Assembly (NCBI GenBank): GCA_012295275.1
Contig: CM022667.1
Coordinates: 4,836,001 to 4,900,000 of the forward strand
Length of the DNA stretch: 64,000 nucleotides
From: Chrysomallon squamiferum
Lineage: Eukaryota; Animalia; Mollusca
Direction of reading: 5' to 3'
Part shown: positions 60,050 to 64,000 of the stretch, in pieces
How positions within the stretch are numbered: the first letter of the stretch is position 1
Layout of the letters: each line of letters starts with the position of its first letter
Translations under genes and position numbers: made by a program
The notes under the pieces: model-generated
Database searches by the model: none
The model's input: the letters and a program-made list of their open reading frames with translations, nothing else
What the model was told of the DNA's origin: nothing

Positions 60050-63000
60050 TCAAATCAATGGTTCATCAAGCTGAAAATAAATTTTTTCTGGATTCTGAAG
60101 TCGACAAAACACGCACAAATTTAGTTCATTAAAGTCGTCCACTTGAGACATGGAAAATGGTTTTTGGCACTTGGAACACTGAAAACATTTAATTAAAATT
60201 TTTTAAAAACAATGAGAATATTTTCTCACAGAAAGGGAAGTACAAAAAACAGCCTTCATAGATAATACTGTGAGAGAACAGTCCAAACTGCTTTAAAGCA
60301 GAATAAAAGTAACACTAAATAGATCTTATCGTGCTACCTAATAAATAATATTACACATATTCTAATCACTGAGCTGCATGTAACATGTAACATGATAAAC
60401 AATATGGCAAATGTTACAATGAGATGTAAAATGATGTGGCAAGACAAACCATATATGACTTATTATAACATACTGTGTAACATGATAAACAATGTAACTT
60501 ACTGTAACAACTTTCAAACCAATGGATTTTTTGCTTTCCAACACTGCAGGAATTCTGTCTGAGTCTTCTATATTCCATAACCTGACAGTTGTGTCCTGAA
60601 TCACAAATATTTCTATTTAAAGACTATTTTATATTTCAATGTTTTTAATTACACTGTATAGAACAAATGAAATTAAATTTAACCTTCACAAACAGTATTA
60701 ATTACTTTAATTTCAACAGAAACAATGATCTGTCACTTTAAACATCACCATTAATAATTTTCTTATCATCTGTTTACATCTTACTTATAAAAACAAAAAC
60801 AAAAATTAAATTAAAGTAACAAAATAAGAATAAATTAGAAAAGTAAATGGATTTTACTTTAGAAGCAGAAATCAGCCATCTTTGATTATTGCTGAATTTG
60901 ACATCATTGACCCAACTTTGATGTCCCTGCAACAAAAATAAAATAAAGTTAGTTCTTTGTGATGAATAACATAACAAAACACACACGTAACAGCACAGCA
61001 GGATGCAATGCAACACAACACAACAACAAACAAACAACACTTCACAAGAATTAAGAGACAAAATTTGTTTCTTGAGCAATTAATCTAATGGAAAATATTT
61101 TTAATGTTACATTTACAACAAGGTTTTTTTTAAATTACACTAATGAAACACTAAGCCCATAGAAACCAAGCAACATGTTTGCTCTGTCATATTATAATAA
61201 TAATAATAAAAGTATTTGTTGAAAAATAACAAACAATAAACCATAAGTAATAAAATGTGTTGAAATCTCAGTAACTGATGTATGTGGAAGGGATTAGTTT
61301 TAATGTCAGTAACAATGATAAATTAGAAATCTGAATGAAATAAAATAATGTACATCTCCTCTGTTTCACAATAAATCTACAACTAGACTTATTTTTGCAT
61401 TTAAAAATATCATGTCTGTTCTAAAGTCAAAAACTGATTTTTGTGTCACCTGCAGTTTTAATTTGACAACGTAATGTTCTGCGTTCCAGACAACAATACA
61501 GTGATCGTACGAACCAGTGACCAGCATGAGACCTGAAGAGAGAAACATTTAATTAACTTTTCAAATGATAAAAAAATAAAATAAAAAATAAAAATAATAA
61601 TAAAATAAACAAAGACAAAGGAAAATACAAAACAGTTTAACACTATCATCCTTATAAATTCAGTTTTGGGGAAGACATTTACCAGATTTAAATGAAATCT
61701 TTTAAATAAACTGAACATTTTTTTATTAAGAAATAATTAATACATAATCACTTAAGTAAATAAATAAATACAGTATACATAGTTACAGTAGAATTAACAC
61801 AAAGTATGAGTTTATGTAAATGTATGTATATGTGTATACATGCGTGTGTTTGAAAGTAATTTACTTAGACTGTAAGCAGGGAAAAATGTAAATAGAGACA
61901 TAACTGTTTTTAAAATATTAAATAAAATAATAAAAAGAAAATGAAATTGTCTGAGTTGATCTGAACTTACAGTCTCTGCTAAAATTGCTGCAGCTTACAG
62001 AACCATCATGTGGTCCTTTCAGAACATTAGGTCCATCATCCCTGGAAAAACAACAGATCTGGATTTATTTACTTGTCTCCAGTAGGTTTTTACCTTTTAT
62101 TTTTTTTTTTTTATTATCATTATTATTATTATTATTATAATATAGATTATCGTTGCTGTAACAAAGCCACAGAACTGAGAGTAAATAATTTTGACATCAA
62201 AGTCATAGCTATAGTGAAATTTAAAACAAGCAGTGTATTTTTATTTTAAAGACATTTTGTTACCATATGAATTCAAAGATTAACAATATGACAAATTATA
62301 TCTACTTTTGAATTTTCTTTTTACAATTTATAATATTTCAAAATAAAAATACCCATTAAATAATGAATAAACTGAATGATATATGAACTGAAAAATTGCT
62401 AACTGGCAATATTTGACTTTTAACCATACATTTTACAAAATACACAAGAGTTAGTGCCCTTGATCGGACCTTTAGCAATAATTTTGATTATTTACAACAT
62501 TTCAAGACATAATTCTCTTGGGATTGTATTTATTATTAGCTGTTGTAAGTGTATTTTGTGTGAGAAATGTTGTTTAAAAATGTACCTGTACATTCCAGTA
62601 GCAATATCCCAAATGTTTATAGTTTTGTCCCAGGATGTTGTAGCAAAACTTCTCTCATTTCGTGAGATGGCACAGCTCGACACAACATTGGTGTGACCAC
62701 TGAAGTCATTTAGAAACACCACATTATAGTAATAATACATGTTGACACAGTAACAGCAAACTTAAGTTACAATAATAACTCCTACCACTACCATCATCAC
62801 TAATAATAATAATAATTATTATTAATATTACTGTTGTTGTTGTTATTATTATCACCACCCAGAGTTTCTCTTTTAAAAAAGAAAAAATTTAAAATTAAAA
62901 AAGCCAGCGAAAAGATTTTTTAAAATTGTTTAACATTATTATTTAGAGCTGGATTTGTACTTAAAGAACCTGAGATTTTATAGCGTAAGACATCATAATA

Positions 63001-63218
63001 TTATATGTCATTTGGCTTCACTTTTTCTGTAGTAAATTCTTGTGAAGTTGAGATAAGAAACGTATATGTTGGGATTAAATGTACACAGAATTAAATAGAA
63101 TATTTTGACAATTGTAACACTATTTTGTAAAACATGCTTACCATAAATAAGTTTTCATGACCAATTTATACATGACTGGTAATGAATATCTTTAAACATT
63201 TTTATCTTACAGATTGTT

Positions 63219-63268
<50 letters not shown>

Positions 63269-63995
63269 TTTTTACATGTAATTATAACGGATACCTACTC
63301 AAGAGTTATTGTATTTTCACATGAACGTAGATCAAAGAATTTTGTGAATCTGTCCATAGAGGTTGTTATCACTTTATTGTTGTCAAATGAAAATATACAT
63401 GAAGTCACTGTACTTTTGTGAAAATCTGAAACAAAAACAATGAACACAGGCTGGGATCTTGTTTGAAAATATGTTAAAGAAAAGAATGTAAACATACTGG
63501 AAAATTACTTTCACTGATGTATGTGGAAGGGATCAGATTCAGTCTTGGGCACAAATACAAAGATTTTAATTAAATAAAAGAATGAATATACACCTTTCTT
63601 TCACAAGGATGTTGTAATATAATATTACAATGTATAAATTTATTTTATCAGAATATTTGTGTTAAAATAAAAGAATGCATCAGAATAATCAAAATATATC
63701 ATATTTTCAATTAGGTTGCACTCACCACTTCTTATTTTTGAAAACCATAACCATAATCTGTATTTTTTTTTATTCAAAATCATCTTGAATATAAATGAAT
63801 AAAAATTATACTAAAACAAAAACTAAAAAGAAAAATGGATAAAAATATATCTGCACCTTTCAAATGATGTATAATGTTTCCTGTTCTGGTGTCTGCTATT
63901 TTAACTGTGTTGTCGAAATCTGATCCTGAACAAACAAGTTTACCATCATACGAAACTTTGCAACATGTCGCAGCCCCTCCATGCCCATATTTCCA
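60050..63995 (-). CDS. WDR88: WD repeat-containing protein 88-like; last 8 coding exons, 5' part beyond the window
   Basis: Exons 63995-63857, 63425-63299, 62699-62586 (GHTNVVSSC..TTSWDKTINIWD), 62041-61971, 61532-61450, 60926-60858 (GHQSWVNDVKFSNNQRWLISASK), 60595-60503 (DTTVRLWNIEDSDRIPAV..KKSIGLK) and 60178-60050 (CSKCQKPFS...LCVFCRL). The WD40 repeats plus the C-terminal CxxC...CxxC tail match WDR88 as recalled. Confidence 0.88.
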
Positions 63996-64000
63996 CTACA

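Overview
AT-rich, intron- and microsatellite-rich animal genomic DNA (probably a lophotrochozoan such as a mollusc; inference). No prokaryotic features. The left half (1-31 kb) is a dynamic tandem array of three 3-exon STELLO/DUF288-like type II membrane glycosyltransferase genes (+). A minus-strand ZP-domain membrane protein gene lies between copies 1 and 2, and the 5' region of a second copy of that ZP gene runs off the left edge. The duplicated unit is therefore [ZP(-) / STELLO-like(+)], about 12.8 kb (12900-25697). Its upstream twin is about 3.9 kb longer because one 75-bp sequence was amplified to ~53 copies. The glycosyltransferase paralogs are mosaics: exon 3 is homogenised across all three, but copy 2 carries a ~50% divergent 64-aa patch behind the second DD motif and a 1-nt homopolymer frameshift. 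The right half (31-64 kb) is a conventional single-copy neighbourhood: ZFAND1 (-), an OSGIN-family oxidoreductase (-), a single-coding-exon ankyrin-repeat/SOCS-box gene (+) and the 3' part of WDR88 (-). All exon boundaries were read by hand and no database searches were run.
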